A stretch of DNA of 60,291 bases, counting the filler, from Sluysia triapertura (taxonomy: Eukaryota): NCBI GenBank assembly GCA_046118255.1. It is 5 parts of 5 records of this genome, joined end to end, with 100 filler letters (N's around TTAATTAATTAA, not from the genome) between each part and the next. Parts side by side here need not be neighbours in the genome. Positions count along the whole stretch, not along the records: positions 1 to 11,762 come from JBJNIA010172699.1; positions 11,863 to 23,357 come from JBJNIA010184113.1; 3 more parts are not named here. One strand, given 5' to 3'. Made by a program: the position numbers and the translations under genes. Each line of letters starts with the position of its first letter. Position 1 is the stretch's first letter. Shown piece after piece: positions 1 through 13,305 of the stretch. Under the pieces are notes generated by a model. It searched no databases, was not told the DNA's origin, and saw nothing but the letters and a program-made list of their open reading frames with translations.

Positions 1-75
1 GAGTATACTCGTCTTGGCAATGCGTGACACCCTGCCAAGGACGAGTATACTCGTCCTTGGCAGCGAATGGGTTAA
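1..75. mobile_element. Terminus of a piggyBac-like element (truncated at window start)
   Basis: Ends ...GGCAGCGAATGGG|TTAA (CCC terminus with TTAA target site on the minus strand). Subterminal perfect 32-bp palindrome CTGCCAAGGACGAGTATACTCGTCCTTGGCAG at 32-63, with a partial second copy at 1-19. Confidence 0.7.
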
Positions 76-2949
76 TTTTTACCTTATAACTATTAGTTAT
101 TGACTAATTGAAACAATTTATTTTTAATTTAAAATCAATTAAATAACGTATTATACGTTTTTTACTTCATTTGTTTTGTATTCCATTTCAAATAATGTCA
201 TAGATTAATAATAACAAAATTATGTTATTTTTATAATTTTTGAAATTCTAATCTTAAATTGTCTACAAATTATATAAAATATGCAATAAATGACTAAAAT
301 AAATTGTAAATTGCAATTATTTAAATCTAATTGATTTTTGTGGAAAATTAAACAAAAGTTTCTGAAACTGAGCTATCATTACAGTCAATAATATAGTTTC
401 TTTATTGAACATTTTTAAGCCTAAATAACGACGTATCGATATAAGTAATTTCCATCGGAGAAGAAATTGCTTCATTTAATTTCAAATATAGTTAGAAAGA
501 TACAAACAGTAATAGAGATAGAGTTAGAGATAGGAAAAGATAGAGTTAAATAGAGGTAGGTAGGTGAGTAGGTTCATAGCTAGGTAGATAGAATATACGC
601 CGATACAAATTTTTTTTAGAAAATTTTCTTAGAAAATAATTTATACATTAAAAAGCAAATTCATGGGCACCTGAAGGGATTAAAAAAATTTTTATGGCAG
701 GAAAAATTATACATAAGGACCGTTCAAATCTAACTAATGCTTTATTTAATAATGAAAATTTGTTCAATAACTTCATTTTTATGCATTTATTTTTTATTTA
801 ATTAAATATGGGCTATGAAATATATTGTTATAGATTAAAGACATTATTATTTTCAAATTGTATTTTATGATTTATTTCGAGTTTATGTTAAATCTATATA
901 TTATGAATATATGTAATTACGATAATTAACGATTTTTGATGATAAACTTATGGATTTATAAATTAACTTCATTTTGTTTAGAAATTTTCATGTTTCCTCA
1001 CAATCATTTATTTATTGGAATTTTAGTACATATTATAAAAAGTTTTGGTTTAATAGATAAGACAGGTTCAATATGAATTAATGGAATTCTACTTCGAGAA
1101 TAAGTCATATTTCGTAAAAATGATTGTTAATATTCATTTTGAAATAAAATTAATAATGATTATTGGTTATTCGATTAATGAAAGATACTATGTCACTTTA
1201 GAGTTTTCGTAAGCAAACAAACATTGACAGTCAAATTTATCAGTATTATTTCTTGATAAAACTCAGACTGATTCATATCTTGATAAAACCCCAAATTTCA
1301 GATTTAGAAAATGTTAAGCCGATATATTTTTTCATTTGGCTCTAAACAGTATAGTGCCTATCTTATATTTGTTGTTTTTTTCTATTATTTTTTAACCTAA
1401 CAATTATAATTTAAATCGAGTTCGTCTGCGGTATATGGTTTATTACGTATCCACAGAAAATTTCTACGTGAGACGTTTCCCTAATCTTGAAAATGCGGGT
1501 AAGAATTATATCTAATGAATTTTTTATTTAGTCATAGCGTCTTTTATTCTACGTCTTATATTATTACACTTAGTTTATGTTTAATTCTTTTACTAATAAT
1601 TAATTTAATTAAACTCTTTAAAATTAATGTCTCTTTTTTATTTATCTTTTTGATTACCTTTAATAACTAATTAAAGCAATACAAAATAGATTTATTAAAT
1701 AACTTAATACAAAAAATGATAAAATAAATATAAAAATAATCAATTAAACTGATAGAATTAACTTCTTATCGTTATCTTAAAAGATTTTATTAAGATTTTA
1801 ACCCAGGCTTTATACTTGTGCTTTGAAACAAGTTAATGATTTTACGTACGAAATTAATTCTAGATTTATTTAAGCAAACTTACAAATATTATTTTACTTT
1901 GTCACTTTGAATTATGATAATATTAATGTTCCCAAATATTCGATATCGGTTATATAGTGTTGCATACAAAGTCTATAACGGTGGTTCGGAGTAATGTGAC
2001 TAATCTACTTCTTTTGTTGAAATAATTCTTCTGGTAAAATCGATGAAATAACACTTCTTTATGATTTTAAAAACCTTTTTGTCGTTCTATTCATTCTGTT
2101 GATGTAATTTCTTCATAATTCAATAGTGAAAAATTTTTTAATTCTTTTATTATTTGGATTTTATTTGGTTTTTATTGAAACAATTTGTAGATTTTTATTA
2201 TCAGAGCAAATAATAATTACGTACTAAATCGTCAATAAAACATTTTATAATTTCTTTTTTATTTTCAACTTGAATTAAATTTTTTTGTACTGTTAATATT
2301 TACAAAATATAATATTTAGTAGAATTTATTGGAAATAATATTTACAAAAATTATCGTTTATCAGTAATAATATTTGCAACTAATAATTACACAAATTTGT
2401 CTAATATTTACATATTGTTATACAACAATCAGTTAGATCGAATTGTTTCACAAAACAAATTCAGATTAAAATTTAAATTTTCAAATGATCTTTTAAATAT
2501 ATGAAACAGAGATTGCCAATAAGTTGAAACACCTTCACGTAAAAAGTTCTGAAAATATATGGATATTTCGTGGTGTGCAATATTGGCAGTGATTGTTGCA
2601 TGTTAGATAATATTAACACCATTTGTTTTGATTCAGTAAGAACATGAACACAACAACCAATGGAATGGTGTCTGTGTAATGACTTGGTTCACAGTTAAGT
2701 TTAAATAAACACCGGTTCTTTATGATATGAAGCTTATGAATTGTAGATGTAAAAACAGAAAGAAAATATAAACGATCAATTTCCGTTCATTAAAGACTTG
2801 CGATTGAAATTCTTGTTTTGAATAATAAGCGCAAATACTGGAATGTAATATAATCAAAAATAAAAGAATGAACAATTTATTTAAAATAAATAAAGAAATT
2901 ATTACTAAAATAAGCGTAAATTATTTTAAAATTTTCATTGTAATTTCAG

Positions 2950-3328
2950 AAAACACCGCAAATGAATTGGAAATTTAAGTGATGCCTTGAAAATTACTCT
3001 TAATAATTAGACAATGCTACTAACTATAATAATAATAATGATCATTATTAATAAATAATGATAATTTTCATTGTAATTTCAGGGAACACCGTAAAAGAAA
3101 TAGCAGAGTTCAGTGATGTCGTGAAAATTACTCGTAATAATTATATTATGCTACTAACGATAATAATAATATTTTTCATTGCAATTTCAGAAAATGGAAT
3201 TTCACATGATGTCTACACAATTATCCATAAAAATTATGGAATGCTGATAGCGATAATAATAATAATTGTTACTATTATTATTATTATCATTGTCGTATCT
3301 TCAATCATTTTAGCTCATTTTATTCGAA
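2950..3328 (+). CDS. Fragment of a spliced single-pass membrane protein gene: 51-nt phase-1/1 exon (3083-3133), TM exon (3191-3328), dead duplicate exon (2950-2999)
   Basis: Three copies of the acceptor TTTTCATTG(T/C)AATTTCAG; donors GTAATA (3134) and GTAATT (3329); phases are consistent. TM segment MLIAIIIIIVTIIIIIIVVSSIILAHFI. No family recognised; may be a pseudogene. Confidence 0.45.
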
Positions 3329-4363
3329 GTAATTAGTTTTATTTTGTTATATTTTATTATATAAATATCTTTATTTAATGCAAAATTTTGAAGTTATATT
3401 ACAAAAATTAGATTTAGAATACTTTTAATTTTTTCTATAATACATATCAATACCCTGTCTTAAATTTTTATTAAACTTTAAAGCATTCATATACCAGTCG
3501 TTCTCCAATTATTTAAGAGTTTAAAAATGTGGCTCTAACTTATGTTCAACTTATAACAAATAGTACCTTATTTAAAGTTATTTCAAATATTTTAAATTTT
3601 TTTGATGTTCTATTTATAATTAATTTTTAATTTCATTCAAAATTTATTTGTAAAATGTCAAACTTGTTATTGATGTTTTATTTTATTTTTCATCCTACTG
3701 AATGTTTGTTTCTTTGTCAATATTTTGGAAGTTTAAAAATTTAATATGTAATATGCTATACTTAAACAAGTATTTATTTAGTGGATATAACATAATAGTA
3801 GATGTATATTCTCGCAAAATCACACACACATATCTCTTCTCGATTGAGGAATTTAATGGACGTGAGTACTTTATGTAATGTTTAATTTTAAATTGTTTCC
3901 AATATGTTTAAAGCTATTTCGTAAATGTAGATTCTAACTTCAGGTAAGGATAATAATTTAATAAATATCACTTAAGAAATATAATTAAATAGATTTATTA
4001 ATATGAAAAGTCGGAAAAATTAAAAAAATCATAATAAAAGAATTATTATCATTATTCTTATCAAATAAGTTGTCATATGCGTCATCTTCGTATTGGTTCA
4101 GTCATTAATTAATTTTGTATATAGTTCATTTTATTCGTATTATTCATTTTAGGAAATGATCGTAATTAAATCAAATACCGTATTTTTAGGCACATGAGAC
4201 AAATTTTATTTATTTAACTTATACCAAAATAAAGCTCATCATTAACCATTATTTTAATTTAAGTAATAATAATCTTTTTTCCGCATTCTTAAAGAAATTA
4301 GTGATACTTAAATCTTTCTTTTCAATATAATAAAAATTATTTTCTTTCAGTGATAATAATAAA

Positions 4364-4588
4364 TTAACCCCTTAACTCGCACACTCGAATTAACTCGAGC
4401 GATGTTATTTTGGCATGTTTAGTTAGAAAATATATCTAACCAACATATGCTGATATAATAAATATATTTTTCATTGTTTTTTTGTTTTTGAATTTTTTTT
4501 GTAAATATCACACTAAAATATAGTTTAGTAAATAATAAGCAATAGAAAAATGAGTTTTTTTGAAAAAAATTGAACGTTAAGGGATTAA
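4364..4588. mobile_element. piggyBac-like MITE (~217 bp) with TTAA TSD
   Basis: TTAA|CCCCTTAAC ... GTTAAGGGA|TTAA: short TIRs with one mismatch, TTAA on both sides. Confidence 0.55.
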
Positions 4589-7500
4589 GAATTATCCAAA
4601 TTGTATAGTTAAGATAAAGCTATCCGATGTATTGGTATACAATTATTCACCGAAATACTCTTTATTATTGTTTCTGTTACAGGAAATATGCCGAATACCG
4701 CTCCACAGATGGTGTTGCATCTACATTTTTTATTATTAATAATCCAAGTTTGAGTAGTCTTGAATTCTGATATTAAATGCATAAATGAATAGGTTGTGGC
4801 CGCAGAAAGGTCAGAGCAAATTAGAATTTACATAAACTAAAACCATGTTTAATTTATTAGAATAGCTGTTTATTATTCATAATCTTTTTCGATATAAATA
4901 AAACATTGCGCTACTTTTCATAATTTACTATTAATAATACATTGTTTTGTTTATCGTTTATTTCTAAAATATCGACTACGTGTACGATGTGTGTTTAAGT
5001 GGAAATTTCAGTTTCAAAGATTGTATTGATTCCAGAAATTGGCAAAGGCTTATTGGAAATCTATTGAACAATAAACATTTTTATGATTTTAAATGCTAAT
5101 AAATAGACCAAGTTCAAAAATATATATGATTAACAAGCAAATTGTGAAACATTGTCGACATTCTATTTACGAAATGAGAAATATATAATCTTAATAAATA
5201 TATCGTCGCCGAAATCCATAAATGTAAATGATTTATTAAGAGGAACATATTGTATCATTTAATTTCAACAAATTCCAACATTGTGTAATAGAAAATCTAT
5301 TGATATCTATTAATAATAATGCGTAATTATAAAATAGTCATAAATATATCGTTCCTTTATTAAATCCATTATTGATTTTTATCAGAGTGCATTATTGTTT
5401 TTTGAATTTGAATCTGGTGCATTATTAATTATTGTATTATTTAGTAATTATAATAAACATTTTTGAATTTTATTAATTATTATCAATTTTTATTAAATCA
5501 TTTCATTTTTGGACTTATTTTATTTGGAAATGTATTCTATAAATTAAAATTATTTTGAACTTTTATTAATTTTTGTTTAAATAATTAAATTTTTATTTGT
5601 TTAAATTAACCTTCAAGGTTAATGTGCAAAAAGATATAAATATTTACATATTTGACACTATTCATCATTCGATTTCAAGTTTATTTGTTTTACAATTTTT
5701 CATTTGGTATAATCGTTGGATAAGCAATTGACCGAAAAACATTTTTTCACATTAATCCGATTAATCTTTCTTCGTAAACGTTAGTTTATTTTATTTAAGG
5801 TAGGATATTGTTAAAATATCAGTGAAAAATTCACTTAAAATATTTTATTAATTAACATTTGTGATCGTGTAATAGATCACTGAAAAATAATTTCCAAACT
5901 CTTTATCATTCAGAATTACAGGAAGTAATTCTTGCAAAATATAGTATTATTATTATTTTATTATAACCATTGTATTCTACAATTTCTGCGTGTAATAAAT
6001 TCTTTTTAAGAGATAACATTGTTTTTGATATAGTTAAAATTAAAATCCTTAATCAAAAAATAATTGTAAAGAATCCTTATTATAGGATTGTGTAAAATAA
6101 CTCTTAAATTGATAAGACAAGACACAATAAGAATAACCTCCATACTTTTAAGATATATATAGTTAGAGAATTATTAAACTTTCAAGACTTTAGCTACCTT
6201 TTTCTTTACGTAAAATCCAACGGCTGTCCCTCGATGGTAAGTCCAGTACGTTGGTGAACTCACAGTTTTAAATAAACTTTTATTCTATTAACGTTTAACT
6301 TTAATTCTCACAGTATTCAATTTCTAGGTTCATTTATGAACGTGAATTTGTCTTAAATAATTAATTTCTAAATTATTCTTTAGCCTAATAAAATCTATAT
6401 TTTTCAAACTTAAACTGTGTTTGTATTTTTGAATGCTAATACAGATTAAAATTTAAAATAGTAGTGTAATTTCTTTTACCTGCCTGAACTTTACTTGATC
6501 TAATATTTTACTGTACAAAATATTTGTCAAAAATTTAAACAACTCATTTTATAATGCACATTGTTAAAAATTACTCTAATAAGAGTTTGTGAAAGTATCT
6601 CTTTTAACGTTCAGTTACATCTTTTATTATTATTATTATTAATTCGTTTTAATCAAATATTATTATAACAGTTTCCAATATTAATTCACCACTGAAATTG
6701 GATATAGTGTACGTTTCAATTTAAGAGATGTATGCTGATTGTTATAATTTCATTGTTAAAATAATTATTGAGATTGTCATTGTAATAATAATTATTTTTT
6801 TCATAATATAATATGAACATTTTTTTCTTAATCTATTTATTTTGGTGATTTCATAGCTAATTTCCATGAAATACTTAATTTTATTATGTATTATAGTTTT
6901 GATTATTATTCTTTTATATTTGTAAGTGCTTGTTAGTTAACGGTTTTCCGCATTTATTTGCTTTATTTCTTACTTTTACTTTTTATTTCGTTTAACTATT
7001 TTGTAAGTATTTTTTTCTTGTAAAATATTTTTCCATAAATTTTCAAAATATTTTATATTTATTTGTTGTTTAACAAGTTTTATTTAACTATTAATATTTA
7101 TTTATTTTTATTTATTTAATTATTAATATTTATTTTCAGTTTGTATTTATTATTTTAATAATATTTTAATTAATTTATTAATTAATTGAATTTCGTAATA
7201 AGTGTAATTGGATATTAAAATAGTAATAATAAAAATAATGATAAAAATAAATTAACAAATAATACCATTATAAAGAATAATGATATAAATTATAGTACTT
7301 CATACCTCTGCATGTTATAATTCTAATTAAAATGAATAATAATTAAATATAAAGCTTAATTTAGTTTTCGTGATAAAACTATATTATTATTAAATAAGTA
7401 TCAATTATTATAAGATTCAACAAATGCAGTAATTGATCAGAATAAATATCAATAATAATGTTTAATAAATTAATGTTAATAAAAAAACTGTATTAATTTA

Positions 7501-8129
7501 ATCAATATATAAAATTAAAATATTTTAAAAGTTTAAAATTTAATAAATTCATAATATTTCTCTGATGAAATTTAAAAATAAAACAGTTTTTCAATGAAAT
7601 GAAACGGAAATCACTGATAAATTTCAATTTTAATTTGTTTTTGTAACTTAATAAAATATATAAATTATTTTACTTATATTTTAATTTATTATCCAGGTTA
7701 TTAAACTAAATAATTTTAATTTTATTTAATTATGTTTTAATAGAATATTTGTAATAAATATATTTAGTTAACCTCATTTATAAATTTAAAATAGCTAAAA
7801 TGAATTTACTTTGGTTTTACTATTTTATAAATTTCCCAATTGGCATTTGAAATATCTAAATCCCCACAAGTTAAATTGATCCTGTAAATTTTAAATAATA
7901 AAAAGAGGTGTTGTATCACAATAAGAGGCAAGCTGGTATTAAATAATATCGTGAATTATATTATTTTGAATTATCCTAAAATTTGAAACAAAAATTATAT
8001 GTTAAGTGATACTATGTAAATAATATCAAAATAATAATCAAAATGAATAAACTTAACAGTATCAATCAATATTCATATTGTGACATGTATGAAAATTAGT
8101 TTTAGTTCTAGTTCATAATAATAATAACA

Positions 8130-8161
<32 letters not shown>

Positions 8162-10528
8162 GTCGTGTTAGTGACTGGCTTAATTTGAAGCTCCCTGATG
8201 GCTATTTTGCAGATTTTGTTTATTTGAGTAATACACTAGATTTTTTGATTTAGCACATGATTACTTTCTTTGGATCCTCAACAGTTAGGGAAAACATCGT
8301 GTTAAAAATCGATTACATCTGAACATCTACTGCAAAAGTTGACTTTTGTATTAAATATAACTTTACAAATGCAAGCAAAATTTCATTGGTCAAAAAACTG
8401 TAAATGCAATTGACAAAAGCATGCTTAAACGGTAATTTTTAAATTCTGATTCAAACATTTCATTTATTCATTACTACATTTCTAAATTGAACAGCTTATG
8501 AAAATTACGAATATAATTATTAATTGTAGAAAAAGTTGGAATAATTGAATCTAAATTCAAATAAATGAACCTAAAAGATAATAAAAAATGGTATTAAAAA
8601 TATTAAAGAGAAGAAATATTTAGATTTAATGTTATCATTATATAGTTAAACTTGATGAAATAAGAACTTTAAAAAAGTTTTATTCAAAAAGAAAACAATT
8701 TAAAAAATAAAGCTAAAATTTAATTTCTAAGTTATATATAAGTAATAATATTACATATTTTACAATTTATTCCAAAATGTTAATTTACATTTATATTACT
8801 TTGATTTTTATTCAATCCCTATGTTCGTTATCAACCAGTAAATATAAATGCAACCTTTCCTTAAATTATTAATTACGGAATTATTCAATAAATTAAAACT
8901 TTCGAACCACATGTGTCAAAAGATACTTGTTTACATTTTAATTTGAAATTATTTTCTAAGTTTAATCATTTTTATCATTTCATGTTTTAACTTTTCGTAT
9001 AATAATTGTTGAATTTATTTAGTGGTATAATTTTACTTCAGCTCATCCTATACCTAAATATAAGTACTTAGTATGTGAATAGGTATACACAAAATCGTAG
9101 GAGAAATAGTGTTAATATAAATTAAAGTTTCTAATATCGTAAACTCTTTAACTTGTCTCAGTTTGTTAGATATAAAAATGCATTAAATTTTTTCAAGAAT
9201 ATTATAGGTTAAACTTTATTATTATTCAAATTCGTTAAACAAAATTATTTTCCAGATAAAATTACTTTAATGTAACAACTCTTATATGAAAATAACAACT
9301 TTTTAATTTTAATTTATTTACTGATTACATATGAAAGTCAAAGTTCGACTTGTCTTTGCTGTAACAAATGAAAAAGTTAAATTGTGATTTTTATTTTTTA
9401 AACCTGAATTTCTTTTTTAACTTCACTTAAATGAACAAATAGACTCTTAGTTAATCAAACTTTATTCATAACACAAATATAAATGATAACTAAATTATCT
9501 AATTTAATTAAAAAAGCTACACGTAATTTATAAAATGTTAAACTTATTATCTAATTTAAAAATTTTTCGAAATTATGTTTACTTTATTCGGAATATTACA
9601 CAATTACTACCAAAATTTAAATTTGAAACTTTCTGAACAAAAACAACCGCGAATGCTTATTCAGTAATCAAAATGTTAGTAATTCTTCACCAATGTTGAA
9701 TCAGAAATTCATAATCATGTATATTATATATATTACATACGTTGATAATCCTTGATTCAAACATTTATAAGTAAATTGTAAATTGTCAGTTGTCCAATGG
9801 AAAGCAATTATGTTTTAGCTAATATCTCTTTCACATTCACTTTTTCTATAATTAATTCTTATTCCAAGAGCCAATAATTTGATATTCACTAAATGCTTTC
9901 TAATATAGTTAGTACTTTGTAATATAATTCAGTAAGTACTTAACAATTTTTAATGGCCAATTTTATTTCATTATTTTTTTTGATTTTTAATTTTAGAAAA
10001 TCAATAAGGACATTATATAATCTAATAGAAATAACATTACGATTACAAAGGATATTATTTCTACTGTTAATTCTACGATATTCAATATGCACGTCTTGAG
10101 GTAAGGTCAATAATTATTTTAAACATTATAACTCCGAAATTGTTATTTTGGATATTCAAATAAGAAAGTGGTGAAGAACCTGTTAGGTAATACTTCTAAA
10201 TTTTTAAACAAGAAGAAGGTGATCACGTTCTTGAATTGGAATAAAGTCGTCTAAAAGTAAATTATTAAATCTAATATTTAATTTATATTTAACATGTAGA
10301 TAAAGTAACAAACATTTTATCAATTCATTTCATGTTATGAAACTCATGTTAACTTGAATTAATCTTAAAATACTAAACTCATTATTAACTACATTTTGAC
10401 ATAATAATTGCTAGAATATCTTCACTATTTAAATTTCGATTTATAAAATTCAATTTTATTAGGATCTTAACTATTATAGATATACATCATTCATCATCTT
10501 ATTATTAAAGTCAACATTGTTAAATCTA

Positions 10529-11719
10529 TTATTTATTTGGGTAAGGTTGCAAAAATGTTTCTTTTATGAAGGACTCTAGATACCATTTTTGGTATGATTG
10601 TGTTGGATGTTTTACAGAGTAATATAGAGTTTGCCTCAGATTTAAGATTGATAACATTTTTTGATTTAATTTATGATCAGTTCGTAAAATATATGATATC
10701 AAATATTTAGTTTTCGAAGATAAAAGATTATAGCGTAATTCTGTGTTTAAGGTGTGTGTTAAGGTTGAGGGCGTCATCTTAATTTCAGTAAGGGAGCAAG
10801 AATATGTTAGTAATTTAAAGAGAAAATATATACATAAAGAACTGATTTCATGGTATTCAGATTTGAGATTTAATATTTTTAAGGTTAATTCTTTATTTTT
10901 TTGATTTGAGGTATTATTCAAAACTAATGTTAACATTTTATTTAAACTACGGTAATGGATATCACTATTAGTACAATGATTAATGTGTGCTTGCTTTCTC
11001 AAATTAATAACTTCCGAACATTCATCATTTATGAATTCGCTTCCAAATTTAAAATCACTGTTACTTATCGAGAAAATAATAATAAAGCCAACTTTAATTA
11101 AATAAGAAAGATGAAGATTTATTACACGTGATAAAAATTTATTTAAATTCATGACTTCATTGTGGTTTCTCCATCTGGCTATCCAGTGTTCAGGGATCCG
11201 AACTGTATTTATCTTATCTAAAAAATAATTATATAATCTACTAAACTGATAACTAACATAATTACTAAACAAATATAAACTAAATATCTTACGACTATTT
11301 TCAGAAACGTATACCGTGGTAGAAATAGCGTTATCCTTTGATCTTTCAAAGTCTTCATTAATAGAAATAAGAAAAACAAATCTGTTGATCACATACTTTA
11401 AAATTCTGTTTGCGGTATAGACCAATAGATAATTCCTTAGATTGTTAGATAATTGGTAAAACTTAATGTTTACATTAAAATCAAATGTAAACATCTTTGA
11501 CAACGTGTCGAGCGGAATTTTCCACATGAAATATTGTTCTTTCGCTTTAGTATCTTCCACGTTTCGTAATATTACTTTTCTCGTTATATTTTCTAAGGAA
11601 AGATAATTATCACTAGCTGTACAAGATAACAATTTGGAATGAGAAAATTTTGATGTTGGCTGATAATAAGATGGATGTGCACATATACTTTTCTCGTTAT
11701 ATTTTCTAAGGAAAGATAA
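10529..11719 (-). CDS. Intronless ORF of unknown family (367 aa in the track, frame open up to 11719; true 5' end lost at contig edge); probably from a mobile element or virus
   Basis: More than 1.1 kb without stops in highly AT-rich DNA where recognisable host exons are under 400 nt. Ends ...LQPYPNK*. Decayed paralogue at ~51.3-52.4 kb. Confidence 0.75.
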   Translation of the reverse strand, partial: LSFLRKYNEKSICAHPSYYQPTSKFSHSKLLSCTASDNYLSLENITRKVILRNVEDTKAKEQYFMWKIPLDTLSKMFTFDFNVNIKFYQLSNNLRNYLLVYTANRILKYVINRFVFLISINEDFERSKDNAISTTVYVSENSRKIFSLYLFSNYVSYQFSRLYNYFLDKINTVRIPEHWIARWRNHNEVMNLNKFLSRVINLHLSYLIKVGFIIIFSISNSDFKFGSEFINDECSEVINLRKQAHINHCTNSDIHYRSLNKMLTLVLNNTSNQKNKELTLKILNLKSEYHEISSLCIYFLFKLLTYSCSLTEIKMTPSTLTHTLNTELRYNLLSSKTKYLISYILRTDHKLNQKMLSILNLRQTLYYSVKHPTQSYQKWYLESFIKETFLQPYPNK

Positions 11720-11762
11720 TTATCACTAGCTGTACAAGATAACAATTTGGAATGAGAAAATT
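11573..11762. repeat. Exact direct duplication (~77 bp, period 113) at contig end
   Basis: TACTTTTCTCGTTATATTTTCTAAGG...GAGAAAATT occurs at 11573 and 11686. The period is not a multiple of 3 and it abuts the gap, so it is likely an assembly artefact. Confidence 0.8.
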
Positions 11763-11862
11763 NNNNNNNNNNNNNNNNNNNNNNNNNNNNNNNNNNNNNN
11801 NNNNNNTTAATTAATTAANNNNNNNNNNNNNNNNNNNNNNNNNNNNNNNNNNNNNNNNNNNN
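11763..11862. other. Artificial contig spacer N44-TTAATTAATTAA-N44
   Basis: Six-frame stop linker centred in Ns, identical at four positions. Confidence 0.97.
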
Positions 11863-12759
11863 ATTATGGCTATTGAGAAAATTGTATTTTAATAAAATTA
11901 GATTTGTAATTGTTGGGTTTAAATTTTAAGTTATTGGTGATACCACTACACTTGTAAAAAAGAATTAATTTAAATATGGATACAAGCTGCTCTGCGACAT
12001 ATTCTGTTATTGGTACCGAAAAATTACGAAGAGATTATTCTATAAACTGTGTGTTTGTTCATGATTATTAACCTTCTATTTATACAATTTTTATTTTCGA
12101 CATTTCGTATTGATATTTATTATATTGATTGATTTAAACAAATTGCAGTATTAAATTAAATTGATTTTATTTATTAAATATTGTTTTTTAATATTTTTTG
12201 GTAATTTTCTTTAACTAATGTTTAAATTTATTATAATATTCATAATATTTTTTAGAATAAAATAAAATAATAAATAATATAATAATATAATAAATAAATA
12301 GATATTTTTAAGTTCAAATAAAATAAAATAGTATAATAATTAATATTTACACAGTTTCATTATTTACAAATCACAAATTGTTCTTACTACCTTAACAAAT
12401 ACTTAACACTTATAATAAATAAATTTCAAAATAGAAATATCAAGTGAAATTTAATTATAACTTCTGTAAGATTACAAAATAAAAGCAAAATAAGAGTTTA
12501 AATTTAAAAGCTTTTTAGTATCGACAAAAATATAATTATAACTAAAACGTAATTTAAGAAACAGTTTAAGAATCTAAAAATAAAATTTTTTAAATAGTTA
12601 TTCCAAAGCAGCATTCAGTTTTTCCCAATAAAGAAAAATAAATGTCAAATATGAATTTATTCATCTTCGAAATATTTCATGTCTTCATAATAATGATCGT
12701 AATTATTATTTAATTGCATTTCCTGCTTTAAATTGGATGAAGCATCATGGAAATTTTTC

Positions 12760-13070
12760 CACAAACATCATGTTGTACCAAAACCAGCTGATGCAGATGA
12801 ATATTTTAAAGTTTATGTCTTTACTTCATTCCAAGACTCACCAACCTATGCATTAACTAAAGAATATCCTGGAGGTTTTGGATTGCCATTTTTATAGAAA
12901 CTAAATTTGTTTCACTCATTAATATGCAGAAATATTGAATCTTTTAATGAACGGAAAATTCCTCTATGTCCTGTTTGAAGATGTGGTGTTAATCCACCAG
13001 GTATATCAATCATCTCAATTATTCTTTTATGACAATGTTCTTTAACTTTTTGGTCTATATACACTTGCCT
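12760..13070 (-). mobile_element. Decayed pogo-family (DDE_1) transposase C-terminal fragment
   Basis: Minus-strand translation IDQKVKEHCHKRIIEMIDIPGGLTPHLQTGHRGIFRSLKD...NGNPKPPGYSLVNA*VGESWNEV fits the IPGGxTxxLQ and GNxxxP...WVxxxW motifs; contains stops. Confidence 0.8.
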
Positions 13071-13305
13071 TCACTAACATCAATCAAAGAAACATACGAT
13101 CAGTCCATTTTATAATTACCATAATGACATTATTTAAATAGTATTAAAAAACTTAATAAGTTATTTAAATAATGAATCTATTTCGCGATATACTTTATAT
13201 TAATATGATAATATTATCATTATATTAGAAGTAATGATAATAGTAGCAATATAATGATGTATGAATATAATTGAAAACATGTTACAATATTTGACTTTAG
13301 CCGAG

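Noticed and set aside
10030-10257. In-frame TAA codons in exon-like blocks suggesting stop-codon reassignment
   Set aside because: Ferroportin ends at TAA and the conserved exons have no internal stops; pseudogene decay or chance is simpler.
11573-11762. In-frame protein repeat in the orphan ORF
   Set aside because: The period is 113 nt (out of frame), the copy is exact and it abuts the gap; likely a contig-end artefact.
11807-11818. TTAATTAATTAA as a biological motif or piggyBac footprint
   Set aside because: It is centred in N runs at all four gaps, so it is an assembly linker.
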